NCBI GenBank assembly: GCA_905178155.1
Contig: CAJINV010000001.1
Location: 15,624,142 to 15,688,141, forward strand
DNA length: 64,000 nucleotides
Direction: 5' to 3'
Source of the DNA: Amoebophrya sp. A120
Lineage: Eukaryota; Protista; Dinoflagellata
Below, one piece after another: positions 38,301 through 48,362 of the stretch (position 1 is its first letter; each line of letters begins with the position of its first letter). The notes below the pieces were generated by a model. It was not told the origin of the DNA. It was given only the letters and a program-made list of their open reading frames with translations, and ran no database searches. The translations under genes and the position numbers were made by a program.

Positions 38301-39064
38301 TCCATTGCAAGCAAGTGCAGGGTACGAACGCCGACGCGACCACCTCTCAACAGACCTGCGTGGACAACTTCTTACCGCCCGCTAAGTGCCAGAGCCGTCT
38401 TTTCGAATTAGGTTCGCTGTTTGAGGAAATGTTCGCTTGCGAGTGCGGCGGCGACCTGGAAAAATTCGAAGTTCTGCTTCGTGGTTTATACGCGCGTTGT
38501 AGGGCTCCTCCTCCAGTAACAGGAAGTCATTCGCGTTCACTCCCACTGCAAGGAGCACCTCCGCCCGTTGTTCTGCCAGCGTGTTCTAACAAGTACACTA
38601 TCGCAGCAGGAACCGGTCCTCCAGGCGAACGCGGCACGATGGAACAACGACGTACAATAGGGCCTGCAACAAATGAAACATACCCTCGTGTGAAATTGCT
38701 GCAAAAAGCTGGCACCGAACACTTCCACCTTCCACATGCAGTCGTTGAAGGAGCATCTTCTCCACTACACGAGTCAGTCCACCTAGCACCGCCCGGAACT
38801 GCATCTGCTGCTATGCCTACTTGTGCAGCCGCCTCTCGGCGAAGCAATAATTCCATAACCGACCACGCATCGTATCCATTTTCGGACATTCGCAACGCCA
38901 CAGGTGTAGTTGATCCGGATCAGAAAACTTTGTCAGCATCCTCGTCCCGGTTATCACCACCTCCAAAACTAGCGGGGGCCCGATCAGGCCGCAACAGCCT
39001 TCGGTTTTTCGCATCCCCCCTGCAGCGCCGCAATTCAACATCGACCATAAATTCTTGTTTCTAA
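35354..39064 (+). CDS. Inward-rectifier (Kir)-like channel fused to a GST/CLIC-DHAR-like domain
   Basis: Two TM segments around THLVTMGPS; Kir cytoplasmic motifs IFSPVALITKRDG..FLIRVGNLR and HVVDESSPL; later C..AQVL...Y....V....KPAWF, TPML and FLYGDTPS resemble GST N and C domains. Confidence 0.75.
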   Translation: MTSTAPRPFQPPSRQLVSPFARKWEHLGFFGNVYFLLLDATFAQTIVFTITAYAFVCVFLIALTLPFVDDFVTANGTSAPDVVLAATGDEGDPASSTQNGASSGDVDFGVRLTVALRVVVTHLVTMGPSEFVPAPSLDWLFLFATLQQFAGIFCNVFLIAIVLRKVELPTPALIFSPVALITKRDGQLVFLIRVGNLRCNVIQRPEVELQLFTSALTQEGESRIRSQVMEAKTMPLMYSQCVVEHVVDESSPLFPFLLQYSDGEFQNLSKNELCVCVLFRGFDLTYYEDVWSNYKYTPADIVLARAGDMIWDDMIQAPDHAAAVPGSITGGAVLSASFSSVSIFAKKFVTPVLSTFLCRGGASASKGHQMHQNRPTIDFARIGSIVPAARKKKQKRRSCSSSRPRRFRQLDCALEGGPDADHTPSEDEDDDEASRADDPNGIQLSTYFTCAESKRVHSLVAERGTRKKEFPPLFALYLEQRERYFAAMRRPDRVPKVQKPTLAADQLLPDQLITEPSQYPDLTDGSLVYIFSGGKPGRLDLTRQQTKTNSCAGAFSTCSSSTAGQGHLLPKLCVAAQVLEVLLRTADISYQTIVVNFFEKPAWFEGEQEIPTEYLPKSQRHLGPLKFPPLGLTPMLYFEGRLRGEFADIVRYLLHRFADKFTDPARFAIPPVSHDPLGLRGLLLPNQRDAYLTLQDFADASRLPEPAPPPPPEVFKLELLKYHDLPVERKDEDKNYDEQQQELESAPHSTLAIPVLDFEQAVYIYTKLQYFFVLYIMNLGPLQQAHLREKRSAAAGAAERTVTDHTLEKAELEDPTLKGLAAQLRQTFQDFETAYESRRSESGNGEDEGAVADPIFLYGDTPSVIETVALTMIARYRDYMRYAFSSPATWKAVWNENEFPLLTKACEAANLMAAAQPHGAAFVNIGSYAALFLQQFCAKMGLPETDQRADVCAVEGIFSEYYKILNDVFGVMVLETTESEGELHCKQVQGTNADATTSQQTCVDNFLPPAKCQSRLFELGSLFEEMFACECGGDLEKFEVLLRGLYARCRAPPPVTGSHSRSLPLQGAPPPVVLPACSNKYTIAAGTGPPGERGTMEQRRTIGPATNETYPRVKLLQKAGTEHFHLPHAVVEGASSPLHESVHLAPPGTASAAMPTCAAASRRSNNSITDHASYPFSDIRNATGVVDPDQKTLSASSSRLSPPPKLAGARSGRNSLRFFASPLQRRNSTSTINSCF

Positions 39065-40295
39065 GTCAAAGTAAATATGACAAAAGAGTGCCGCAGTTGG
39101 ATAGAGTTGGACTCGCTCGGATCAAAACAAAATGACTATGATTTTCGTTTCGTTCATTTCCTGCATGCAACAGCGTAATCAATTTTCTATGAGTTTCGCC
39201 ATCCTTTCAGAAGTTGTTACAGAATCAGGTAACCAGGCAGTCCAATGGATGCCAATGCATTTTCGTTCGAAGCAGTTTGGCGTCTTTGTTCTCGGATCAC
39301 GATCATCGGTACTATCCAATAACTTCTACTTGTGACTTGTCTTGCCTCACTTTCATAGTCAATCTCAATCAATCCTGAGCACCAGTGTGAGGAGCCAATG
39401 GTATTCGGTTTCTTCTTCCACTAATGTCTATGTCCCCGACGAATAAGCGGCGCATACTCATGTCTATGTATATTCCATTGTGACTCGTCGATTTGCACAC
39501 ATCGGTCAGAAGAATTCGTGTGAGGCCAAGAAAGCCTTCCGAAACACGATCAATCTGCTTGCCTCGTGCGGTCACACAAAATCCAGATCAAAAGCCGTGG
39601 ACGAGACACAAATAATAAACGAAGAAATCAAAAATACAGATCGGCATTCATTTGTCATGGCCGTGCAGTGCGCCGGATGATATCCATAGCGCACTACCCC
39701 ATCCTAGATTTTATGCTATTCCACCTGCAGCTTCTGATGTTTTTTCTCTTAGGAGGGTACTTACATTACACTACAAGTTTCAAGTTCGTCGACATCACAG
39801 CACCGAAATACAGCTAGGGGGAGGCCGCTTTCGCTACAAGTGGTTCGGAACAATGCGGACTATGAACGCACTCTGAAGAAGAGTGTCTACGGTGATTTTG
39901 TTCTTGATTTGATTTATTTGAAAGCTTATCTCGCTCTTTTTGTTTACGAAGGAAACAAAAACAAATGTAAGTGCCCGGTCTTAGTGCCTCGCTCTCTTCA
40001 TCTTCATCGAATTTCTCCTCGAAACTTTATTTTACCTCCATCGATCGCAATCGCTTCACTTCGTGTATTTAGCCTTACACTTTCACATTTTGACTTTGCG
40101 AACCAAGTTCACGTTGTATTTAGCTCAGCGAAAGCGAAACCGATGACGGGCCACAGACTTCGGCCACGGTCTGCGCCTTCGATTTTCCGCGTTTGACGCA
40201 TGACGAGCGCCAGTGTCCGCGGAAAACGAACCACACGATTAATCGGCCCGGTTCTCCAGTACGCTTGTTAGGTACCACCTTCGTGGCTGAAGATA

Positions 40296-42192
40296 ATGGC
40301 TTCGTCCTCCAGCACAGCTCCCCCCAGAAGAAGTAGGTTCGACGCGAGTAAAAACGCCAACAAGACCGCCTCGCCATCTTCCCCCACCGACGAGCAATGT
40401 CGGCTCGCTGCGGACTATTCCCGATACTTCGAGGCTTTCAAAACCGCGGTCCCGACCCAAACCGCAAAACTCACCCTGGACAACCAAGCGACCCAAACCT
40501 GGGAGTATTACCGCCTCGGTGGCGAAGAGGATTTGAGTTTGAACCTGGACCCGGTGGTCTTTCTGCCGCCAGAATCCGCATCCTGCGACGTGTTTTTTCT
40601 GCAAATCGACGCGCTGGCTGCCAAGGGGTACAAGTGCATTTCCTGCCAGCACCCGCCCATCTGGACGATTGAAGAATTTGTCGCCGGGTTTGGTTTGTTT
40701 CTGGACCACATCCAGGCCCGTCGCTGCCACCTGTTTGGAGCTGGCCTCGGCGGATTCCTAGCACAGACCTACGCCGCCAGCTGTCCCAGACGCGTGGCCA
40801 GTTTGCTGCTATGTACAGAGGATTCTCTCCTTTGATTCTTTTTCTTGCGAAGTGCCTCTCCGACGGTGATATTTTAATGCGGGGGCAGTTTTGTTATTGT
40901 TTCGTCTTGAGCCGTTTGCTATTGTTTCGTCTTATAAAATTGAGCCGTTTGTTATTGTTTCGTCTCAATCGATCTCATCGTGTCAGATAAGTATGAAAAA
41001 ACGTTCTATCTATGAAATCGATGATCGCATTTGCGACGAGAAACCAAAAATACGAAAATAACCACAGGCAACACGTTTTGCGAGACCCCATACTCCGGCG
41101 TCGGTATGGGTGCCGGAATGGTGATCGGCATGTTGCCAAGCGCGACGCTGCGGAGCATTGTCTTGAAGAACCACATCTCCGCACTAGTCCACGAAGAGGA
41201 CGAGAGCAGCACGCGCGAAGACCCACATCTCGGGCCACTCATAAGGAAACGAAACTATCATCGCCGGATGGTGAAAGAAGTCGAGGCGTGGGTGGAGGGT
41301 ATAGTTTTTCTTCCTCTAGACTATGTGTCTTTGCTTTGCAGTGAATGTGAGAAAAGTTGCGGCTGCGTTAAAAGTAGGATCTACATCTACTTCTTGTCGT
41401 GCGAGGACTTACCATACTAAGAGCAAGATCAACATCAGACGTCAAAATAGAAATTTTTATTTTTATCTATAATTCTTTCCACCATCGATCTCCCAGGTAA
41501 TCTGACCCATTTAAGCCCGGAACTGCTGCAGAGCAAGGTAACTCTTGCTTATGCTGCAAGCACCCTACCGGAAGTGAAGATGTCAGACTACCGCGTGCTG
41601 ATAATCGAGTGCTTGGACCTCAAGGACCTGAACGAGCAGGCTGCCCAAGGCAGCGCGCAGCTGAAGGCACGGCATCCCTATGCGAAGCTGGCCGACCAGA
41701 AGACTGGCGGCTCCTACCCGTTTCTGTGCGCCCCCATGGAAACAACCATCTTCCTAGAAGTACACCTGCGCAACTGCGACTATTTCCCGCAATTCGACTC
41801 ACCGGGACCGAAGGTGCGCTTGTTTTCGCGTTAATAAATAATTTCACCTAATATTCAGTGTCAGATCCAGATGGTCTTGCACATGAGCATGACATTGACA
41901 ATCAGCTTCGCCATAGTTGTTACAGCCCCTCTGGCTACAAAACAACACTAACAGACACCACACAATGAATTTTCTTGGCAATGAATTGACTAACCGTAAC
42001 CACCTGCAGGTGAAACGCGCGCCAGACGATCTCGTGAGCGGCGCCGAGGTCTTTGTGCCGGATATGCCTGGAGGCGGCCCGCTGGCAATGTCACCTGCAG
42101 AGGTGGAGGCACCCGCCACACCACCCTCAATATCCAAGATCGAGAGCTCCATGTTGGAAAGCGTTCCAGAAAACGAGAGAAGACATCGCTGA
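40296..42192 (+). CDS. Maspardin (SPG21)-like alpha/beta hydrolase; GT-AG introns ~40813-41067, 41299-41496, 41814-42009
   Basis: PVVFLPP.SASCDVFFLQI, HLFGAGLGGFLAQ (no nucleophile Ser), LLLCNTF, KTGGSYPFL. Confidence 0.85.
40889..40965 (+). repeat. Three tandem copies of ~gtttgttattgtttcgtct in an intron
   Basis: Read directly from the sequence. Confidence 0.8.
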
Positions 42193-42486
42193 TCTATACA
42201 TAACTGTTGACATAACTTTAGCTCTATGTTGTTGTTGACCACGGTTGCGTACATTACGGTTGCCTTCTCCTCTGTCCCGTCCAAGAAGAAGGCAACCACG
42301 ACGACACATATCTAATTTCACGCGACACAATGCTCCCACGATCATGGATGATACATCATCTCGCGACAACACGACACGAAGGAAAAAGAAATAAAAAACA
42401 AACCAACGAGACTACGAGCGCCCTAGCTGAGGTTTAATCATATGAAAAATACCCAAAATATCTTCCGACTCTGATTAGTGTTTCAA

Positions 42487-42695
42487 TTTTTCTTCTCCCG
42501 TCCTTTCGAGATGAGAGCCATCTTGTGCGCTTTGCTTTACTTCGGTCATGAGAGGAGTTTTTTCTTGGAGTAAGTTCTAGGAATCAAAAATGAGTCGATC
42601 TTGCTTATCCCTGATCAGCGAGCGTGCTGCGTCTCTCCAGCTGAAATCAGCGGCCCTCAACGTGGCAACGAAGTGGTGTCACGGGCGAGAAACTC
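42487..42695. repeat. Split direct repeat B2 (209 bp)
   Basis: Matches 50140-50348 with 5 transition mismatches. Confidence 0.95.
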
Positions 42696-42941
42696 GAGCA
42701 CACATGTGTATACCGACAAGACGACGCAGCGCGAGCCGCAGTGTCATCCGTAGATAACGGCGGCCGTAGGATAAGTTCGAACAGACATGAAAATCATGTG
42801 GAGAGAAAGTGGTGCTGAAAGTCACAGCCAACCTCGGTGCGAGGCGAACAAATGTAAGTAGGATGCTCGAGCAGAGCGCTGTATCGGAGTCATGAAATGA
42901 AAAACAAACAGTGCACAAGCAAAAGCGTGTGAGTATGAAAA

Positions 42942-45248
42942 TCAAATGTAACGCTCAGAATCATCATCACAAAACTCAGACTGAAAAGTGACATCTTCTA
43001 ACTTCAAATCGGCAATGACACCAAATTTCTCATGGCTGCACATGTGCAGCAGATCCGGAAGGATTTTATCGACTATGTCTTGCGAGAACTCTTTCACAGA
43101 TGTGAAGAGATCGGGATGGAGTTTCAAAGTATGTTGTAAGAATTTTTCTCTGGTTCCAATGTCGGCAATGTTGCAGTCGGTCGGAACTCGGTCTGCCCAG
43201 GGGCACATGCAATGCATGGATGAAGTGCACCAGAAAAACAGCGCCACTTGCGCCATGTGCGGCTTCGGGGAGTTCATGCTCAGAGTGGCGCACTTGGCTG
43301 ACTCGTTGTCGATGGAAATGCGGAAAAACTTGTTCGCAAGTTGCTTTTCGAACTCGAACAAGGCCATGACGGTAGCGCACAGCTCCAAAAAAGAAATCGG
43401 GTGGCGGCGAAGTTTTTCTGGGATCTGCGACTCGTGAACTTTGCACCACCGCATGACTCGCTGCTTTCCGATAACCAAGACCGCGCAAAGGCGGCCAACT
43501 TTATGGTTAAAATTGGCATCGGTGTAGACCATGACGTTGTCAGCAGCCGGATCTTCAAATGCGGTTTTTTTCCTCATTTCCTTGTCGAGGATGGCCTTGA
43601 TATTGCCGAGGCAAGTAGCCAACTTCGGGTCGATGTGCGGCCCGTATTTTCGGTTTTCCGTGTTTATGAAGTTGGACAGCGGTTTCATGGTCGGGTTGTA
43701 TCTTCGCTCCACGAGCGACCCGAGGCAAAATAGAACTTTGCCATGAAGTTCAGCAGCTTGATCCAACGACATCTCCTGTGCGGCCAAGGCGGAATCGATC
43801 ATTCCTTTGATCGCCTGCTTGCGCGACAAGGCGATGAAGAGCTCCGGAGTATCGCCCGCCAAGTCGAACATGAGTCCTAGGACTTCAGCAAGTTGCTCAA
43901 GTTTGATCTTGTTGGGGTGGATACTAACGCTAATAACTTTGAATAAATGAAGTACACACTCGCGTCCTTTTCGTCCGAGTTCGTACGGAATCGGTGCTGG
44001 GAAGTCGTCGACGTAGACTTGGCACATGATGCCAATGTAGTAGATAATAAAACTTTTTAGTGCGTCACTAATTCTGACCCAGTCAACTACAGAGTGCACA
44101 TTTCCAAAAATTAAAGTATAGGCCTCGTTGAAGACCCATTCTAAAATGTCAGGATCGAAGTGCACAAAGCGATTAAATTTTCTGTGCTTCATCATCACTG
44201 CTATCACGTTGTAGGCTTTGTGGACGTCAATGACCAACATGAGCAGCTTCTGTAACTCGCCGCCTGCGGCTACGCGTCTTCTTTTCGGATGATCTGCACT
44301 GCTTTTGTACCCTGATTGGTCGCATTGCTTGTGGAAGTCCTGCGCGGGCTTCAAAAGAGAAGCAGGGATGGGAGTGCCGTTTTTGACGAAGTTGTCGAAG
44401 GCTTTTTCGAATTCAAGCTCCAGCGACCGTCCACGACGAATTACTCTTTTCGGCATGGCGATAATGTTGAGATCGCGGAGAGAACTGTCGTGGAGGATGG
44501 TGGCAGCGGCTAATACTTTTCCAGCGTCTGTCATCGGGACAGAACGCTCCAGCTTGCTCCGCTTGTTTTGTGGTACTGCAGGATCTATCATCCTAATCTT
44601 GTTTTTCTGCTCTATGGCGAAGCGGCGGAGTACGTGTTTCCACCCGGCCCGTTTCGCCTGCTCGTACGAAAGTCGTGGACCAATTCGCGCATGACGTAAT
44701 AATGGTTCTACAGCGCGTTCTGCTTCCGTTTGCTGATGAATTTCGCGAATATGCTCCTTGCTCCAATATTCCGGTGGAGAAGTGCCAGGACAAAAATTGT
44801 CAATGTTGGTAGGGAGCGGAGATTCGTCGACAGCTGGTCTTTTCCGGTAATGCGGGGGCCAGCACGGTGGAGCGCGGCAATCGTACATGCATTTCCCGCC
44901 CTTGATGAGGACTTCGTCTGCTGTGCTATCTTCGTGTTTTGATTTGGAAAGTGCAAGATGAAAGAAGCCTATGTTGTATTTGCCGTGAAAGTCCAAGATC
45001 TCCTGCTTCATCTTCGCTTTTAGACTGGTGTCTAAATCAACAGCAGCTGCAACGTCGCGGTCTATCGCGGCTATCGGATCACCGTCACGCAACTTCGACA
45101 AATCCGCGCTCAAGAGCTCCTCGTCCAATGGCGTGAAAGGAGACTTTTTCCTTACGTCGATGCTGATCCGCTGTCGCATAAGCTTGATCCTTTCCTCGTA
45201 CTTTCTCTCTTCCGCAGAGAAAGTGGATGACGAGGAAGAGGAAGCCAT
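42942..45248 (-). CDS. Reverse transcriptase-RNase H of the YR retrotransposon
   Basis: KIRMIDP, IDVHKAY, LIFG, YVDDF; RNase H motifs YTDA, FLEL, IDN, NIAD. Confidence 0.93.
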   Translation of the reverse strand: MASSSSSSTFSAEERKYEERIKLMRQRISIDVRKKSPFTPLDEELLSADLSKLRDGDPIAAIDRDVAAAVDLDTSLKAKMKQEILDFHGKYNIGFFHLALSKSKHEDSTADEVLIKGGKCMYDCRAPPCWPPHYRKRPAVDESPLPTNIDNFCPGTSPPEYWSKEHIREIHQQTEAERAVEPLLRHARIGPRLSYEQAKRAGWKHVLRRFAIEQKNKIRMIDPAVPQNKRSKLERSVPMTDAGKVLAAATILHDSSLRDLNIIAMPKRVIRRGRSLELEFEKAFDNFVKNGTPIPASLLKPAQDFHKQCDQSGYKSSADHPKRRRVAAGGELQKLLMLVIDVHKAYNVIAVMMKHRKFNRFVHFDPDILEWVFNEAYTLIFGNVHSVVDWVRISDALKSFIIYYIGIMCQVYVDDFPAPIPYELGRKGRECVLHLFKVISVSIHPNKIKLEQLAEVLGLMFDLAGDTPELFIALSRKQAIKGMIDSALAAQEMSLDQAAELHGKVLFCLGSLVERRYNPTMKPLSNFINTENRKYGPHIDPKLATCLGNIKAILDKEMRKKTAFEDPAADNVMVYTDANFNHKVGRLCAVLVIGKQRVMRWCKVHESQIPEKLRRHPISFLELCATVMALFEFEKQLANKFFRISIDNESAKCATLSMNSPKPHMAQVALFFWCTSSMHCMCPWADRVPTDCNIADIGTREKFLQHTLKLHPDLFTSVKEFSQDIVDKILPDLLHMCSHEKFGVIADLKLEDVTFQSEFCDDDSERYI

Positions 45249-46574
45249 GATGGGCTAAGCGCAGACTACAATGCTAAAGGCTATCTCTCTGCGTGCGTCG
45301 ATGATATGCAGCAGGAGGGCTCAAGATAGGCATAATTCTCACGAGTCAGCAAGTAAGTATAATCAAAAGGAAAAACTACTTCCCCGGCCCTGCCCGACCC
45401 CAGATCTTCCCACCGAAGAGACCGAGCGAGGAGATCGAGCGCAGCACAATCACGACCGAAATGAGTCTTGCTGACTTTTCAAATGGAAATAGCGAGCAAA
45501 CCGACCAGGTTTGCTAAGTTCGCGGATGTGCAAGTGCGGCAACATGTGCACACCGAGCGTGAGAATTCCGCAGCAGACAAAAATGATCTGCGAGCACGGC
45601 ACTGAGTCTTGCTGTTCGGAAATGCGAGTAGCAAGAGGCGCTTGTAAGTCCAAGCCGAGTATGATTTTCCCGTGTAAGACAAGCACCATGCTTGAATAAA
45701 ATGTGGATAGTTTGTCTATGGCTGCTTTGATAGTCGGCTCTGCGTCTGCGCAGCTACATGGAAGAGTAGAGCTTTGATGTTATCATCTTTCTTTTAACAA
45801 TGTAACTTGTGGAGCATATTTTTCCACTTTTATGCTAAACAAGCGCATCGCGACTTTCTGAAAATATGACATCTAAAAATTTTTTGACAGACTCACGACT
45901 GGAAGATGAAAATAAAATATTTCAAAACTTTTTCTTGTACGACAGAAGCGGATAAAGATGAGACGCGTTTTCATTATATTTGAGTAGCGTTTTTGCAGTC
46001 TTACTTTTGTGATTTTTTCAGACTTAAAAATTGTCGTGCGAAACATATGATTTTCATTTCTGTAGAAACACTGTGCGTCATCGCTTCAACTCGTCGTATT
46101 TGGCATGGTCCTCGGACAATCGCGACTCCGAAAAACTTGCTCGAGGCCTTCGGAAGTAAACTTGATTGTAGTGGCGAGGACGAAACCTGAGTGAGTATTT
46201 TCTTTAGCCCGGCATACCGGAGTTTGATGATGCATGAGTAACAGCATAGCGCATGGGAAACCAAGTGTCGTTTCTTTTTTAAAGATATGGAGAAAACTTT
46301 TCATGAGCAAGCAATGCTAAGTACTGAGCATCCGGATCTTGTAGAAGGACAAGTTGATGACTGTGATCACCGCTAAATTGCAGCACGAAGAGTGTTGCTG
46401 GTGATGCTGGAAACAAACTGGACCTGAGTGAGGAGATGGGAAATGATGCGCAAGTGATCGTCATGAAAGTTGTCAGAAGGAATTTCTTTTTGACCATGAT
46501 GATGTGCGCAAGTGAAAATGCTACAAAGTGTGTAGGCAGCACATGATGGTGAAGATACCTGCAGCAAGTCGAAA

Positions 46575-47943
46575 TTACTCGGACTCGCTGGACGAAGAAG
46601 AGCTGCTGGAAGACTCCTCCTTCCTCGTCTTCTTCGCCATCTTCTTGCGATCGCCCTTGGAATCCTTGTTGTCATCATCCTTCTTCCTCTTGGACTTGTC
46701 TTTTTTCTTCTGCTTCTTCTCACCGCCCTTGTAGTCGCCCTTATCGTTGATCCAAGAAAAATAATCGGTTTTCTTCAACAACGACTTCGCCATGTGGCTG
46801 CTGCGCACTGCGTCATAGTCTTTGCGACTGAGTTCGCTACGCTTGTAGGGATGCAAACCGTTGGAGCAGTAAGTCTTCCCCTTCTCCTTGTACTCCGAGT
46901 TGGAGCACGGAGTCATCTTGCAAAAATGCCAGCAAATCTTGGCGAACTCTTTTTTTACCGGATTTCGGCTGCTTCTTCATCGGCTTGCGACCACCGGCAT
47001 CATCACTGCTGTCGGAATCGACGGAACGGCAGCGCTTGGACGCGTTGGAGTCACCCATGAGCGCGCGAAAGGACGGCTTCTGGTTCAAATTGTAGGTCGT
47101 GTGCACCTGCGCCATGAGCTGACTGTACAAAAATCGCATGCTGTTGGGGTTGTTCGCGCCGAGGGTCAGAAACACATTGACGCGATCCTGGTAGATGGTG
47201 GGGGCACCATTCACAATGGTGTCAGCAGCGTGGCATTCCGCCACTAACAGTGCTTCAAAAAATTTTTCATGCACAATCACCAACCAGGCATCGCCATCAA
47301 TTTTCTCCGGACGCTCCGCCGCTTTCTCGTCGATGAACAAGCACAACTGCCCGGCTTCGATGGGGTTCAAAACTGCGCTCTCGCGACCGTTGACGGCCAA
47401 GTTGTGCAAGCACGTCTTCGGGCGGATGGGCTCCTTCTTACCGGACTGGTTCAAGATGGCGTGGGACTTGAGCTGGTACTTCACCTGCAAATTCTCCAGG
47501 GTGTGGACCGCGCGGTCCCTGATGGTGTTACTCACCAGGCGGAAACTTTCCACCATCAGCCTCTCGGACCGCGGAATAAAATCGGCGTTGCCATGTGCCG
47601 CCACCTCGGCTTCCAACAACGGCTCCTGATTGTGTTGGTTCGGGAAGGCCGGATTACCGGGGGCTACCATCTGGATGATGGGAACGCCAGCACCACCTGC
47701 GCCAGGGGCTGCCGCAGCAGGAGCAGGAGCTGGGCCCGGAGCTGGACCCGGAGCGGGCGCCGGGGCGGGACCCGGAGCTGGACCCGGCGCGGGACCCGGA
47801 GCAGGACCCGGCGCGGGCGCGGGTCCCGGAGCAGGAGCTGGTCCTGGGGCAGGAGCAGGTCCGGGGGCGGGGGCAGGACCCGCAACTGGGACACCACCGC
47901 CTCCGGCACCACCACCGGCAGCAACTGGATTGTTACCAGACAT
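46575..47943 (-). CDS. Gag-like ORF with a Pro/Gly/Ala repeat; C-terminal Cys/His finger and K/D/S tail lie in the +1 frame after an A7 run (46950-46956)
   Basis: ORF from MSGNNPV (47943). Dropping one A gives ...SGKKEFAKICWHFCKMTPCSNSEYKEKGKTYCSNGLHP..., continuing into ORF 46575-46916. The gag call rests on position and the finger. Confidence 0.6.
47700..47910 (-). repeat. Coding (GPAP/APGP)n repeat with varied synonymous codons
   Basis: GPAPAPGPAPAPGPAPAPGPAPGPAPG... in the gag-like ORF. Confidence 0.85.
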
Positions 47944-48362
47944 GACCGCAGCTTTTTCTTCTCTTGGAAAGTCGTAGAAGGAGTTTTTTGCAATCGCTCT
48001 TCTAAAATGTAGAATGTGTTTGCAATTTTTTGTGCGAGTAAAAATGGCACAAAGACAAACATAAATAAGTGGATACACAAAAAAGGAGCGCGGGATCTCG
48101 GACGACGGGCAGCAAAAGAAAGCTTTTGGAGAAATGGCGAAGTGACTCTCCTCTCGAAATCGTGTGGCTGCTAATTTAGCTGCTCACAAGAGAAAACGCT
48201 GTGTAAGAACACAACGAACGCTGCAACGAAAAACGGACGTGATAGACGTAGAAAAGTAGAGACAGAAAAATGTGTCTGTCAACCATGTCGTATAGGCTCC
48301 TTCGAATATTTTGGTTTTTTTGGAAGTGAGCGGACTGACTTCTGTCGGAAGAGAGTCTTTCT

